Positions 9,162 through 18,141 of a stretch of DNA of 59,920 nt are shown piece by piece. The translations under genes and the position numbers were made by a program. A model generated the notes under the pieces. It had not been told where the DNA came from, did no database searches, and saw only the letters and a list, made by a program, of their open reading frames with translations. This DNA is from a virus (taxonomy: Duplodnaviria > Caudoviricetes): positions 1-59,920 of IMG/VR virus record IMGVR_UViG_3300035199_000797, one strand, 5' to 3'. How positions within the stretch are numbered: the first letter of the stretch is position 1; every line of letters starts with the position of its first letter.

Positions 9162-9683
9162 AATGAGCCGGTCATATGCGCTGACGCGTCCATCTATCAT
9201 TGTTCCGCTAATTCGATGAATTACCGGCCGCCGCTCAGGCAGCGCTTCCATGTAGCCTTTGCAGGTTACCTCCACCATATCGGTGGCTGGTAGATCCCCG
9301 ACGCGCCTAGCGATAAACGATTTGGATTCAAAGGCTCCGAAACTGTGGCCCCAGAACCGGAATAGCCAGTTCTCAGGAGAATCTTCGCTCAACGCAATGA
9401 GCGTGGCGCGTGGCCCCTCAAGTAACCACGGGCGCAATAGGTCGTACAATTTGCCGTCTCGACCTTCCTGGAACACCCCGTCCGTCGCGATATTAAACCA
9501 CGACTCCATCGCCATGCTCATACGAAGGTCAGTGATGGCCTCAATTGGGAAACGCTGGCTAAGAGCTACCGTCGACGGCTTAATGGGTAGAAGCGGCACT
9601 TTGGGCTTTGCGAAAGGCCGTGGCGTCGATAGCGGTACTACATTATGAGAGATTCTACTTTTATGCGAGCACAAAACACACAC
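9075..9683 (-). CDS. Stand-alone PAS-like (PAS_5/DUF1457-type) protein (copy 1); start uncertain
   Basis: WLFRFWG...RVGDLP...RRPVIHRI...YDRLILPVADSTGEIRHII pattern. Confidence 0.65.
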   Translation of the reverse strand: MCVLCSHKSRISHNVVPLSTPRPFAKPKVPLLPIKPSTVALSQRFPIEAITDLRMSMAMESWFNIATDGVFQEGRDGKLYDLLRPWLLEGPRATLIALSEDSPENWLFRFWGHSFGAFESKSFIARRVGDLPATDMVEVTCKGYMEALPERRPVIHRISGTMIDGRVSAYDRLILPVADSTGEIRHIITISDILYHGPKHGS

Positions 9684-9757
9684 CCCCCGTCTTTCTTGCT
9701 ATCAGATCAAGATAGTACAAAGTAAGCGTGCCGGTGTAAAGATTATGCTATTCAGGG

Positions 9758-10264
9758 TTATCCAGATGCGATTGCTTCTTCAATCGCACGGTTGGCCTCG
9801 TCTCGTTCACGGGCAAGATCAAAATATGCGCTGATATCAGCCGCGGATGGTAGTTGGCCGGTATCTCGGTAGATCCGCGTAAAATTCGAGCACCCAATTG
9901 CAATGTTCCGCGCCAATTGTTCCGGCGTCTGATCCTGGCTAAGGGCTGCGTCATTTTCGATGCAGAACCGGGCAACGCGATCGATTAAGGCAGGCGGCAC
10001 GTTTTTGTCTCGCTGCTGCGGGGCTGCGGAAAATTCGACCTCACCAATTATTTCGCTGACGGTGGAATCAACCGCGCCGGCGAACTTCATGAGTATGTCA
10101 AGCCGCATAGATTGGGATTGACGGCCCAGGAAATTCCGCAACGTGGAATCGGCAACACCAGCGTCTCTCGCCCATGGGGATACTTCTAATCCCCGAGCCT
10201 TCATAAACCGCTTGATCGCCTGCCTTATCTGTTCTGCATCGCCCGCGTTCATGGGAACAATCAT
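9758..10264 (-). CDS. CI-like repressor (Cro/C1 HTH), no S24 peptidase domain
   Basis: WARDAGVADSTLRNFL HTH; divergent from the cro-like gene. Confidence 0.8.
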   Translation of the reverse strand: MIVPMNAGDAEQIRQAIKRFMKARGLEVSPWARDAGVADSTLRNFLGRQSQSMRLDILMKFAGAVDSTVSEIIGEVEFSAAPQQRDKNVPPALIDRVARFCIENDAALSQDQTPEQLARNIAIGCSNFTRIYRDTGQLPSAADISAYFDLARERDEANRAIEEAIASG

Positions 10265-10273
10265 TACCTCACT

Positions 10274-10339
10274 ATCGCATTAAACGGCGACAACATTATT
10301 GTGTGATAAAACTCGTTGATAATCCCATAATAATGCGAT
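10274..10339. promoter_or_regulatory. Putative O_R operators
   Basis: Three related 18-mers at 10274-10291, 10290-10307 and 10322-10339; TATCGCATTA/TAATGCGATA inverted repeat. Confidence 0.6.
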
Positions 10340-10351
10340 ACATACATTTCC

Positions 10352-10558
10352 ATGGGAATAGAAGACGCTATCGCCAGGGTTCGCGCATATGCAGAATCCA
10401 AGGGCTGGAGAAAATCCCGGTTAGCGAAAGAGGCGGGCCTCAAAGACACCACGCTACGGCACTTTGACAGACCGACCTGGAACCCAACCGCCGATACCCT
10501 TCGGAGGTTGGAGGCAGTTATTCCTGCGGAGTTCGTGCCGCAGGACCGGGCAACATGA
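10352..10558 (+). CDS. Cro-like HTH protein
   Basis: 68 aa, LAKEAGLKDTTLR...WNPTADTLRRLE. Confidence 0.85.
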   Translation: MGIEDAIARVRAYAESKGWRKSRLAKEAGLKDTTLRHFDRPTWNPTADTLRRLEAVIPAEFVPQDRAT

Positions 10559-10778
10559 CCATCTCCGCCGGCTTCCTCATTGCCATGGCGTTTTCGCTGC
10601 TGGCCAGCTTCACCAGGGATCTGCCGTCGTTGATCTGCCGTCATGGCCATTCAGGTGGTGATGGAGGGCAGGGGACGGCAACCGGACATGCGGGGGAGAA
10701 TTCCGCATGAGCTTTGTTCCGACTAATCTCGATGCCTGCAAGGGGTGGGCGGTGGTGCCCAGACTATGGAGAAATCTT

Positions 10779-11621
10779 TCAGGGGCAAATCCGGATCGGA
10801 GGCTTCAAGCCGGGGTTCAGAATCGGAGGAACATCCCCATTTTTCATGCAGGCGGCATCGATTTGGTACTGCGCAATATTTGCAAGACTGAGATCAGCCC
10901 CTCCAAGATCGGCCCCTCCAAGATCGGCGCCTCGGAGATCGGCGCTGAGGAGGTCGGCCCGGTTAAGGTTGCTACCCACCAAATTGGCACCGTTCAGTTT
11001 AGTAGAGGAAAGATCCGTCTGGCTCAGGTCAGCATCGACGAGATCTGCACAAAACAACTTTGCGAAGCTAAAGTTGCCCTTAGATGCCTGCAAACGGTGC
11101 AGATAAGTAGTCTCTGGACAATCCCACCAGTTGACGAGATGTTCCGCCGCCTCATTGCCCTTAAAAAGCTCGGCAAGCGCGGGCGGCGTAAGGTCGATGC
11201 CCTGCAGGGTAATCTTCTTCTTCGCATAGGGCCACCACCCTTGGAGCCACTCAGGGTCCTGGGAGTTGAGATATTCGAGGGCATTAATCTTGCCGCTGTT
11301 GCCGGGCGCCTTCGTTGTCACAAGTTGCCATGCGCGGGCGATCCGTTCTTCGCGACGGTCCGCCATTTCGATGGTGAAGGCGAAGATTGCTATCAGGATG
11401 GCCACCGGCTCGATGGCCCTGATAAATTGAGCCGGTCCCCAATTTTCTATTGTTGCCGCGATGATGCCGGACCCTCGGCTCATCGCTCTGAATGGCGAGA
11501 CCAAGAATCTGAATGGCCAGACCAAGTAAACGTATGCCATCTCTTTCAAGCTTTCCCACGCGTCTTTGAGCATCGCCACCCCCAACACCATTGGTGGCAA
11601 CAGCCTAATGTTTCGCAACAA
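10779..11621 (-). CDS. Pentapeptide-repeat membrane protein
   Basis: ADLxx/ANLxx repeats at the C-terminus; TM segment. Confidence 0.8.
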   Translation of the reverse strand: MLRNIRLLPPMVLGVAMLKDAWESLKEMAYVYLVWPFRFLVSPFRAMSRGSGIIAATIENWGPAQFIRAIEPVAILIAIFAFTIEMADRREERIARAWQLVTTKAPGNSGKINALEYLNSQDPEWLQGWWPYAKKKITLQGIDLTPPALAELFKGNEAAEHLVNWWDCPETTYLHRLQASKGNFSFAKLFCADLVDADLSQTDLSSTKLNGANLVGSNLNRADLLSADLRGADLGGADLGGADLSLANIAQYQIDAACMKNGDVPPILNPGLKPPIRICP

Positions 11622-11638
11622 AAATGTGAACTGGCATC

Positions 11639-12073
11639 ATGACCCGTGCCCAAGACATAGAGCCCGCGCCGGGCAGTTACGGCGATCAACTGAGACAGCA
11701 ACTGGAAATGGAGAAGGCGATGGCAGAGCAAGTAGGCACGAACGGCAAAGGCGAAGGCGCTGGCATCGGGCACAACGTCGCGGACTTGAAGAAGATGATC
11801 CAGGACTGCGCGAAGTCGATGATCGAAATCAAGGGAGAGCGCAAAGACCTGAACGAGAGGGCAGGGGACATCCGCCAGAAGCTGAGAGACGCCGGCGTTC
11901 AGACAGCCGCCTTCGATTACGCGGTACGCCTGTTCGAAATGGAGCAAGAAGCGCGTGGTTCGTACATGGACACGCTGCGGCTATCCATGGAGGCGCTGTC
12001 GGTTGGCGAACAGGGATCGCTCCTCGCGGCGTTTGAAGGCGCCAGGACCAGCGAGCAAGCCGACGCCACCTAA
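11639..12073 (+). CDS. GapR/DUF2312-like DNA-binding protein
   Basis: GIGHN...ERKDLNE...DI...AG...A...VRL...EAR pattern. Confidence 0.65.
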   Translation: MTRAQDIEPAPGSYGDQLRQQLEMEKAMAEQVGTNGKGEGAGIGHNVADLKKMIQDCAKSMIEIKGERKDLNERAGDIRQKLRDAGVQTAAFDYAVRLFEMEQEARGSYMDTLRLSMEALSVGEQGSLLAAFEGARTSEQADAT

Positions 12074-12627
12074 TGCCCGGTCTGCTTGCCCTCGATATCG
12101 CGACCGTGACCGGTTGGGCCTATACCGCCGATCCAAATGACCTGGATCTAGAACCTGAGTTCGGATCGATGCGGTTGCCCAAGACCGGGCCGGACATCGG
12201 AGCATTCCTCTGCGCATACCGTGAATGGCTGATGCCGCTGATCGAGCAGCTGCGGCCAAAGGACGTGGTGTTCGAGTCTCCAATCATGCCGGCGACCTCG
12301 CAGATCATCATCCTGCGCAAGCTGTACGGCCTGGCCGGCGTGACCGAAATGGTCTGCACCGAACACCAGACCGCCTGCACCGAGGCCTACATGCAGAAGG
12401 TCCGCAAACACTTCTGCGGCCATGCAAGGCCAGGCGACAGGAAGGCGAAGGGCCTGGAGCGCCGACGGCAGATCAAGGCTGCGGTTGTCCAGGCCTGCCG
12501 GGATCGAGGCTGGAACCCAACAAACGACGATGAAGCCGACGCTCTGGCGGTGCTGGATTACGCCCGCGCAGTGCTGTTCCCGGAAACGGCCGGCGAGGGG
12601 CTGCCGCTGTTGAGGGAAGCGGGATGA
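12073..12627 (+). CDS. RuvC-like Holliday junction resolvase
   Basis: LALDIATVTGWA, VVFE and DDEADA motifs. Confidence 0.8.
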   Translation: MPGLLALDIATVTGWAYTADPNDLDLEPEFGSMRLPKTGPDIGAFLCAYREWLMPLIEQLRPKDVVFESPIMPATSQIIILRKLYGLAGVTEMVCTEHQTACTEAYMQKVRKHFCGHARPGDRKAKGLERRRQIKAAVVQACRDRGWNPTNDDEADALAVLDYARAVLFPETAGEGLPLLREAG

Positions 12628-13262
12628 ACGCCCCGGTTGCCATCGTGCGCGATCCTTGGCCTTGGTCTGACCAAACAGAGCTGGCCAAGGAAGCCGAATG
12701 CTTCGAGACGCCGGCCTGGGCGGTTGAGGCCATCCTGGACGCCGAGCTGCTCACACCCATGGTCATAGATCCCTGTTGCGGTCGCGGCGTCATGGCGCAA
12801 GCCGCCGATCGCCGCGGGCACAACGTCTACGCGATGGACAAATACGATTGGGGCTTTGGCGCCACCGGGCTTGATTTCCTGCATGATCACGACGTTTGGG
12901 GCATGATCCCCGGCGCCACGGTCTTCATGAATCCGCCCTTCAGTTTTGCCGAGCAATTCGTCGAGACCGCTCAAGAATGCGGCGCCCGCAAGATCATCTG
13001 TTTCCAGCGCTTCGCTTGGTACGAGAGCGAACGCCGCACCAAGTTCTGGGCCAAGTATCCACCCAACCGCGTCTATGTCTGTGCCGATCGCGCAACGTGT
13101 TGGCGCATCGATATCGCGCCCAAGGACCGCAAGTCTGGCACCACCACCGCCCACGCCTGGTTTGTTTGGGAGCACGGCCAGCCGCCGGGAACGCTGCTGG
13201 GCCGGCTCTCGAAGAAGCGGCACCCACAAGGTGATCCTGTACAGGGGAGGGCAGCGGAATGA
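12624..13262 (+). CDS. DNA N6-adenine/N4-cytosine methyltransferase
   Basis: DPCCGRG SAM-binding motif and NPPF catalytic motif. Confidence 0.85.
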   Translation: MNAPVAIVRDPWPWSDQTELAKEAECFETPAWAVEAILDAELLTPMVIDPCCGRGVMAQAADRRGHNVYAMDKYDWGFGATGLDFLHDHDVWGMIPGATVFMNPPFSFAEQFVETAQECGARKIICFQRFAWYESERRTKFWAKYPPNRVYVCADRATCWRIDIAPKDRKSGTTTAHAWFVWEHGQPPGTLLGRLSKKRHPQGDPVQGRAAE

Positions 13263-14281
13263 GCCACAGGGCCATGAACTGGGCAACATCGGTGCGCGGC
13301 ATAAGCAGCACCCAAAAGCTGGTGTTGCTCGTCCTGGCCAATGACTACAGGGACGACGAAGATTGCGCCTTTCCAAACCAGCGCCGGATCGCCGATCACG
13401 CTTGCCTATCGCGACGTGCTGTGCAGACCGCACTCGATGGGCTGACAAGATCGGGGCTCATCACGCGCCGGCACAGACAACGCGACAACGGCTCGCGAAC
13501 CAGTGATGAGTACAATTTCAACTTCAACCTAAGCGCACCGGATGCGCCTAGGGATGAAATCCAAGGCGCACCTGAGGCAATCCAAGGCGCACCTCATACC
13601 ATCCAAGGCGCACCTCAGGCAGGCCAAGGCGCACGAGGTGCGCACCCAGAGCCGTTACTAGAACCGTTACCTGAACCGTTACCTGAGCAGGTCCCCGATG
13701 AACCGCAATTGGCCATGGACGCTTGGAATGCCATGGCCGAAGAGTTGGGCTTGGCTCAGGTGCAAGATTTCACCACCGAGCGACGGGCCAAATGCCGTGC
13801 TCGTCTGAAGCAGTGTGGCGGCCTGGAGGGCTGGGGGGCGGCGCTGGCAAAAATTCGCGGCGATCCGTTTTTTTTGGGCGGCGGCCCCCGAGGCTGGATG
13901 GCCGATTTCGATTTTCTGATGCGAAAAAGCAAGTTCACCAAACTGATGGAAGGCGGATATGACCACAAACCTACCGGTGGCAACGACAAGCGGCCGCCTG
14001 ACCACGAACTCCGACGCCGAATTGCTGGCGCGGCGGCTAGTGTCATGGAGGCCGAGCGACGAAGTGCCGGACGATGCGACACCGGAGCGCCTGGCCAGCC
14101 TGCAAACGGAATTGACATTGAGGCTGGAGCCAGCGGGGGCGGAGGCGACAGCGGCGATCCTCTACGAGTTGTTTCTGGTGCTCCCGGCGCCGGCGGAGGC
14201 GGCAATGGCGAAGTACATCGAACGCCTTCAGACCTACCCGGCCTGGGCCTTGAAAGCGGCGATCGACAAGGTGATCGATAA
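13259..14281 (+). CDS. Replication initiator with N-terminal HTH
   Basis: KLVLLVLAN..CAFPNQRRIA HTH; GWMADFDFL..K..EGGY C-domain; internal iterons. Confidence 0.85.
   Translation: MSHRAMNWATSVRGISSTQKLVLLVLANDYRDDEDCAFPNQRRIADHACLSRRAVQTALDGLTRSGLITRRHRQRDNGSRTSDEYNFNFNLSAPDAPRDEIQGAPEAIQGAPHTIQGAPQAGQGARGAHPEPLLEPLPEPLPEQVPDEPQLAMDAWNAMAEELGLAQVQDFTTERRAKCRARLKQCGGLEGWGAALAKIRGDPFFLGGGPRGWMADFDFLMRKSKFTKLMEGGYDHKPTGGNDKRPPDHELRRRIAGAAASVMEAERRSAGRCDTGAPGQPANGIDIEAGASGGGGDSGDPLRVVSGAPGAGGGGNGEVHRTPSDLPGLGLESGDRQGDR
13559..13642 (+). repeat. Four 21-bp iterons, probable replication origin
   Basis: (AT)CCAAGGCGCAC at 13559, 13580, 13601 and 13622; followed by 12-bp GAACCGTTACCT-type repeats. 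Confidence 0.75.
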
Positions 14282-14615
14282 CCACAAATACGCTTCCACG
14301 CCGACCATTGGCGACATCATCGAAACCATGCGGGCGCTTCCCGGCTACATCGAACGATTTAGGATCAGGGCCAACGTATCGATCTTGCAGATCCGGCAAC
14401 GGCGCAACCCGCCACGGCCACGGCAAGCGGTCTGCACCCCACCGCCCGCACCCAAGGTCAAACCCGTGCCACGCGAGCCCCTGAGCGCCCGACAGGCGGA
14501 AGAACAGATGCTGAGGGACCAGGAGAGGGTGAGGGCGGAAATGGCGGCTGACGGCATGGATGGCGCCGTTGATGAGCGTGGCAACCTGGTTGAGAGCCCG
14601 GGGGCAACCGTATGA
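13959..14615 (+). CDS. Hypothetical replication-associated protein
   Basis: Position after the initiator; YPAWALKAAI..PTIGDI; overlaps the initiator by 323 bp. Confidence 0.55.
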   Translation: MTTNLPVATTSGRLTTNSDAELLARRLVSWRPSDEVPDDATPERLASLQTELTLRLEPAGAEATAAILYELFLVLPAPAEAAMAKYIERLQTYPAWALKAAIDKVIDNHKYASTPTIGDIIETMRALPGYIERFRIRANVSILQIRQRRNPPRPRQAVCTPPPAPKVKPVPREPLSARQAEEQMLRDQERVRAEMAADGMDGAVDERGNLVESPGATV

Positions 14616-14821
14616 GCGTCCAATCCCAGCTAGGCCGGATGGTGGACCGCCGCCACGGTGTGGAAATCGACAGGCAGGGGCAAATGGCCCGCGAGGGCTG
14701 GCGGACGCTTGGCCTGCTGATTTGCAGCGAGAACGACCCGCGCCTTTCCTGGGTCGAGCGGGAGCAGATCAGGCAGATCGGGACTAAATTGAACGGCGAG
14801 CGGAGGGACGGTGTTGGTTGA
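14612..14821 (+). CDS. Hypothetical phage protein
   Basis: ATGA-coupled. Confidence 0.55.
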   Translation: MSVQSQLGRMVDRRHGVEIDRQGQMAREGWRTLGLLICSENDPRLSWVEREQIRQIGTKLNGERRDGVG

Positions 14822-15536
14822 ACGTGCTGGCGGGGATCCCAAGTTGATAGCCGAGCATATCGACCGGCTGATGGAACGCGCGACAGAGGCCGGCGCGGTG
14901 CCGATCGATGTATCACCGTTCCAACAAGCCGCGGCTTTGGATTGGAGCAAGGCCCAGGCCCACAACCGGCGCCTTCGCAGGGCCCGCCCCAACCGCATGG
15001 CATTCGCCAAGGAGAAGCTGCCAGACCGCGACGGCGGCACGGTAGAGACACGGCGCAAGATCAAGACCGACGTGATCGCCAGGTTGCTCAAGCAGGGCGA
15101 TATCGAACGCATACACCAATCCGCCGCGGATGAAATCCACGATGTCCAGGTGGCCTTGATGATGTGCTTTTTGCCGTCCAAAGGTTCAGAGGTGCGCGTT
15201 GATGATACGCCCAAGCGGCCGGGCCCGTTGGACAAACTGAGCGCACATCACGAGCGGGTCTTCCGGCTACGATACACGCCGTGGGTTAAGTCCATGATGG
15301 CCAGGCCGGTGGAGTTCAGGGCGCTCGAAGGGGGCAGGGAGCGGCTATTCGCTTATCGGCATGCTCTTGCGATTGTCACGGATGTGGTACTGGATAACGT
15401 CGGTATGCGGGAGGTTGAGGGCCGGCATGGAATCCGGCACGGGCACGCTAGGAGGATAGTGCGGGGCTCGCTGGATCGATATTGTTGCGTGGCGGGTTGG
15501 GTAAAGAGGAGAGGTGTTAGCGACCAATATAGTTGA
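14811..15536 (+). CDS. Putative late-gene regulator (Q-position, C-terminal HTH)
   Basis: Last gene of the rightward early operon; C-terminal sigma4-like HTH pattern (VVLDNVGMREVE...GSLDRY). Confidence 0.6.
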   Translation: MLVERAGGDPKLIAEHIDRLMERATEAGAVPIDVSPFQQAAALDWSKAQAHNRRLRRARPNRMAFAKEKLPDRDGGTVETRRKIKTDVIARLLKQGDIERIHQSAADEIHDVQVALMMCFLPSKGSEVRVDDTPKRPGPLDKLSAHHERVFRLRYTPWVKSMMARPVEFRALEGGRERLFAYRHALAIVTDVVLDNVGMREVEGRHGIRHGHARRIVRGSLDRYCCVAGWVKRRGVSDQYS

Positions 15537-16119
15537 CTTGGCCATCAGCCTGGATCAACGCTATTTCGATCCCGGCAATTCGGCAGCGGTCAATCATCTT
15601 CTGCGCCAGTCGGCTTGTCCCCTCAGTGCAAGGGACGACTGCAACATTCCTTTCCTGGCCTGGGTCGCGAGACATTAAGAGGCCGACTACTTCACATAAT
15701 CCACTACGAAGTCGAGATTTTAGACCTGGGTGGCGTGTGTTTAGTATCCCGCCCTTGCACTCCGCGATGATTTTTTGACGGTCGGTCAATGCCACGACGT
15801 CTCCCAGACCGGGTTTCAGGCTGACAACAATGGTTCTTTCCCCATCGTTGTAAACACCGCCGTATTGTGTGCTCCCGACAGCCTTTGTGTGCTGAAATCC
15901 ATGCTTTTCCAACCATCCGCGAATGTCGAACCGTTTACCGTGTTCGCCATCAGGGTGAATTTCGATCTCTCGCAGGCCGGGCACCGTCTCAAATAGATGC
16001 ATGGAAAAGGCAAGCAATACCGCTGCTTCTGTAAGGTGATGCTCCATACTACCGTCGGTTTTGTTCTTTCGACTTTCTGGGGGCACACGTTTATCAATGA
16101 GGTCTTCGTAAGTTTTCAT
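15517..16119 (-). CDS. PD-(D/E)XK restriction-endonuclease-like protein
   Basis: GDVVA...IIAECKGG...GLLM motif. Confidence 0.6.
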   Translation of the reverse strand: MKTYEDLIDKRVPPESRKNKTDGSMEHHLTEAAVLLAFSMHLFETVPGLREIEIHPDGEHGKRFDIRGWLEKHGFQHTKAVGSTQYGGVYNDGERTIVVSLKPGLGDVVALTDRQKIIAECKGGILNTRHPGLKSRLRSGLCEVVGLLMSRDPGQERNVAVVPCTEGTSRLAQKMIDRCRIAGIEIALIQADGQVNYIGR

Positions 16120-16232
16120 GGATTAACACTAGCATGGTTCCTGGTCGCGATGCTGTGAGGTTGACTTCGCGTTAAAGGGCGAGACGGCAAATAATAGTTG
16201 GGCCGACAGCCAGGTGCGCCGCTGAACCGTCA

Positions 16233-16354
16233 GACATTACTGAAATGTGCGAAATCGATGAGCGGTATGGGGTGCGGCACGGCCATGCGCGGAAGATAGT
16301 GCGGGGTTCGCTGGAGCGGTACTGCATCGTTGCTGGGTGGATGGACAAGGGGAG
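16233..16354 (+). repeat. Diverged copy 1 of the late-regulator 3' end
   Basis: Translates DITEMCEIDERYGVRHGHARKIVRGSLERYCIVAGWMDKG. Confidence 0.85.
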
Positions 16355-16529
16355 CTGCGTCTGAGGGCAGTCGCATTTGCTTCGACTGGCCTACGTCGGA
16401 AATCGAAGGTGACCTCCCTCCCTAATTGTCCTCATTCACAAGGAATGCCTGTTCTGATGATGGTCCCGAATGCTACTCACTTCATGCCAAGAGGCGACGA
16501 TTGGGCCCTTGCCTATTTCTTTTGCATAT

Positions 16530-17192
16530 TCAACTGCCTGTAAACTTTGTACCAAACACAAAGGCGCCAACAAAAAGGCCCAACACAGCAGCTAGAATAC
16601 TCCAGAGTTGCGTTGGTTTGAGGCCGTTAACCAACTGGCCGATTGTGAGGTCGGCAGGATTACCGCCCAACAAGTCACTGGGGTTCTTTTCCTTATTGGG
16701 AGAGAATTGATCTATTCTTGATTTCCAGCTGGAAAGTACACCATTGAACTCTACGGAGTTAAGAGATGATGGTTCTGGCTCCAGATTTTGCACATACCAA
16801 TCATAGCCAGGTTCAAGCAATCCTTCGCTCTTTATACCATTTTCCACGATGACAAGAAGTGGAAGGTTACGTGAATAACACATGGCAGCTTCAATGTGGT
16901 TCCACGGCGTAGGAAGCTTAATATCACTCAAAGGCTTTTCGTTTTGCCCGCCTCTTTTGTCTAAACCTTGTTGGAAATATGAACGTTCGAGTGCTAAGAC
17001 CACCGCTCCTTCGCATTTATCCATCAGCTCTTCTACTGTTTTAAGGGGCGCTTCTGAACTGAAAGTATTTCTCCCTACTGTATGTGGAATAAGTCCTTCA
17101 ATACGAAGGCGATCTTCCACGGCGCGTACAAATTGTTCCTGCGCGTCGGTAAATGTTCCGCCGACACTCAAGAATATGTTGCGCTCTGCCAT
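16530..17192 (-). CDS. TIR/NDT-like domain protein with C-terminal TM helix
   Basis: NIFLSV first strand, TPWNHIEAAM helix with Glu, hydrophobic tail. Confidence 0.6.
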   Translation of the reverse strand: MAERNIFLSVGGTFTDAQEQFVRAVEDRLRIEGLIPHTVGRNTFSSEAPLKTVEELMDKCEGAVVLALERSYFQQGLDKRGGQNEKPLSDIKLPTPWNHIEAAMCYSRNLPLLVIVENGIKSEGLLEPGYDWYVQNLEPEPSSLNSVEFNGVLSSWKSRIDQFSPNKEKNPSDLLGGNPADLTIGQLVNGLKPTQLWSILAAVLGLFVGAFVFGTKFTGS

Positions 17193-17380
17193 CGATTATC
17201 ACCCCCTGTTTCCCAAAAAAACACTACGATTCTAGCCAGACCGATCAAGTTCGGCCGGATTTGGCTAGTCTCCAGTAATAACGGCCGGTTGCGGTTAGCA
17301 TAATCGATGCAAAACCAAAATCAAATAATTGATATTCCCTCCGTACTGGGTCGAAAATTTTCGCCATATTTCACGCCGCC

Positions 17381-17492
17381 ATACGCTAGGTGAAGGACCG
17401 ACATGGTGTTCGGCACGGCTGTGATCGGAATATAGTGCGAGGAGGGGGCTGGAGCGGTGTTGTGGCGTGGCGGGGTGGCTGGATAAGAGAAG
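17381..17492 (+). repeat. Decayed copy 2 of the late-regulator 3' end
   Basis: IR*VKDRHGVRHGCDRNIVRG/LERCCGVAGWLDKR with a stop and a frameshift. Confidence 0.75.
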
Positions 17493-17550
17493 TCGCGTTT
17501 GAGTAGGTTCGCTTTGTCGCGCGTAGCTCGCTGTGTGCCAAAACCGGTCG

Positions 17551-17889
17551 TCACCGATTATCAAATTTCTCCTTCAGGTCCTCCAGCATTTGCTTTTCCG
17601 CTTTCTGCTGTTCCAGTTTCTGTGCTTCCTCGTCTGCAAGGCGCGCTTTCATCTCTTCATCGGTCTCGGGCCTCTGGAAATGGACCTTCACATTCAACCC
17701 ATAATTCCTGTGTGAATCTTGAAAACTGACGGTTTCAAAGGCCGCACTGTCCCGATATTCCTCCGGCACCAATCCGAGGTATTTCTCAACCCATGGGATC
17801 AGGTCGACCAGTTTCTTTGGCATACAGTTCCACTCGGGTCCAAATTCCTCTTCGCAATTCAGCACGACATTTTTGGTTTTCCTAGTCAT
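17551..17889 (-). CDS. Hypothetical protein with coiled-coil C-terminus
   Basis: 112-aa ORF with purine-rich RBS. Confidence 0.6.
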   Translation of the reverse strand: MTRKTKNVVLNCEEEFGPEWNCMPKKLVDLIPWVEKYLGLVPEEYRDSAAFETVSFQDSHRNYGLNVKVHFQRPETDEEMKARLADEEAQKLEQQKAEKQMLEDLKEKFDNR

Positions 17890-18141
17890 ACCCTTTCCTC
17901 GCCGCCTTCCTCATACCGCAGTGCGTTACGATTTATCTCCCCCACAGGTTCAGGGAGTCTTTGAGCATATCCACGGCTCGATTATAAACCATCCTGTGCT
18001 CGGTGCGTGCGCCTCGGTCAGAGCCCGGTCCGGCGAAGCCGGGCGCGGCAGCCTAATTGTGGTCTATCCTAGGAAATAATTGCACTCCCCGGTTGTCGCC
18101 ATGCATAATTAATTCGAGATTAGAACTCGCTTGAGGCATGC

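Noticed and set aside
10707-11642. 311-aa plus-strand ORF that bridges cro and the GapR-like gene
   Set aside because: It is the in-register antisense shadow of the pentapeptide gene; its repeats mirror the ADL repeats.
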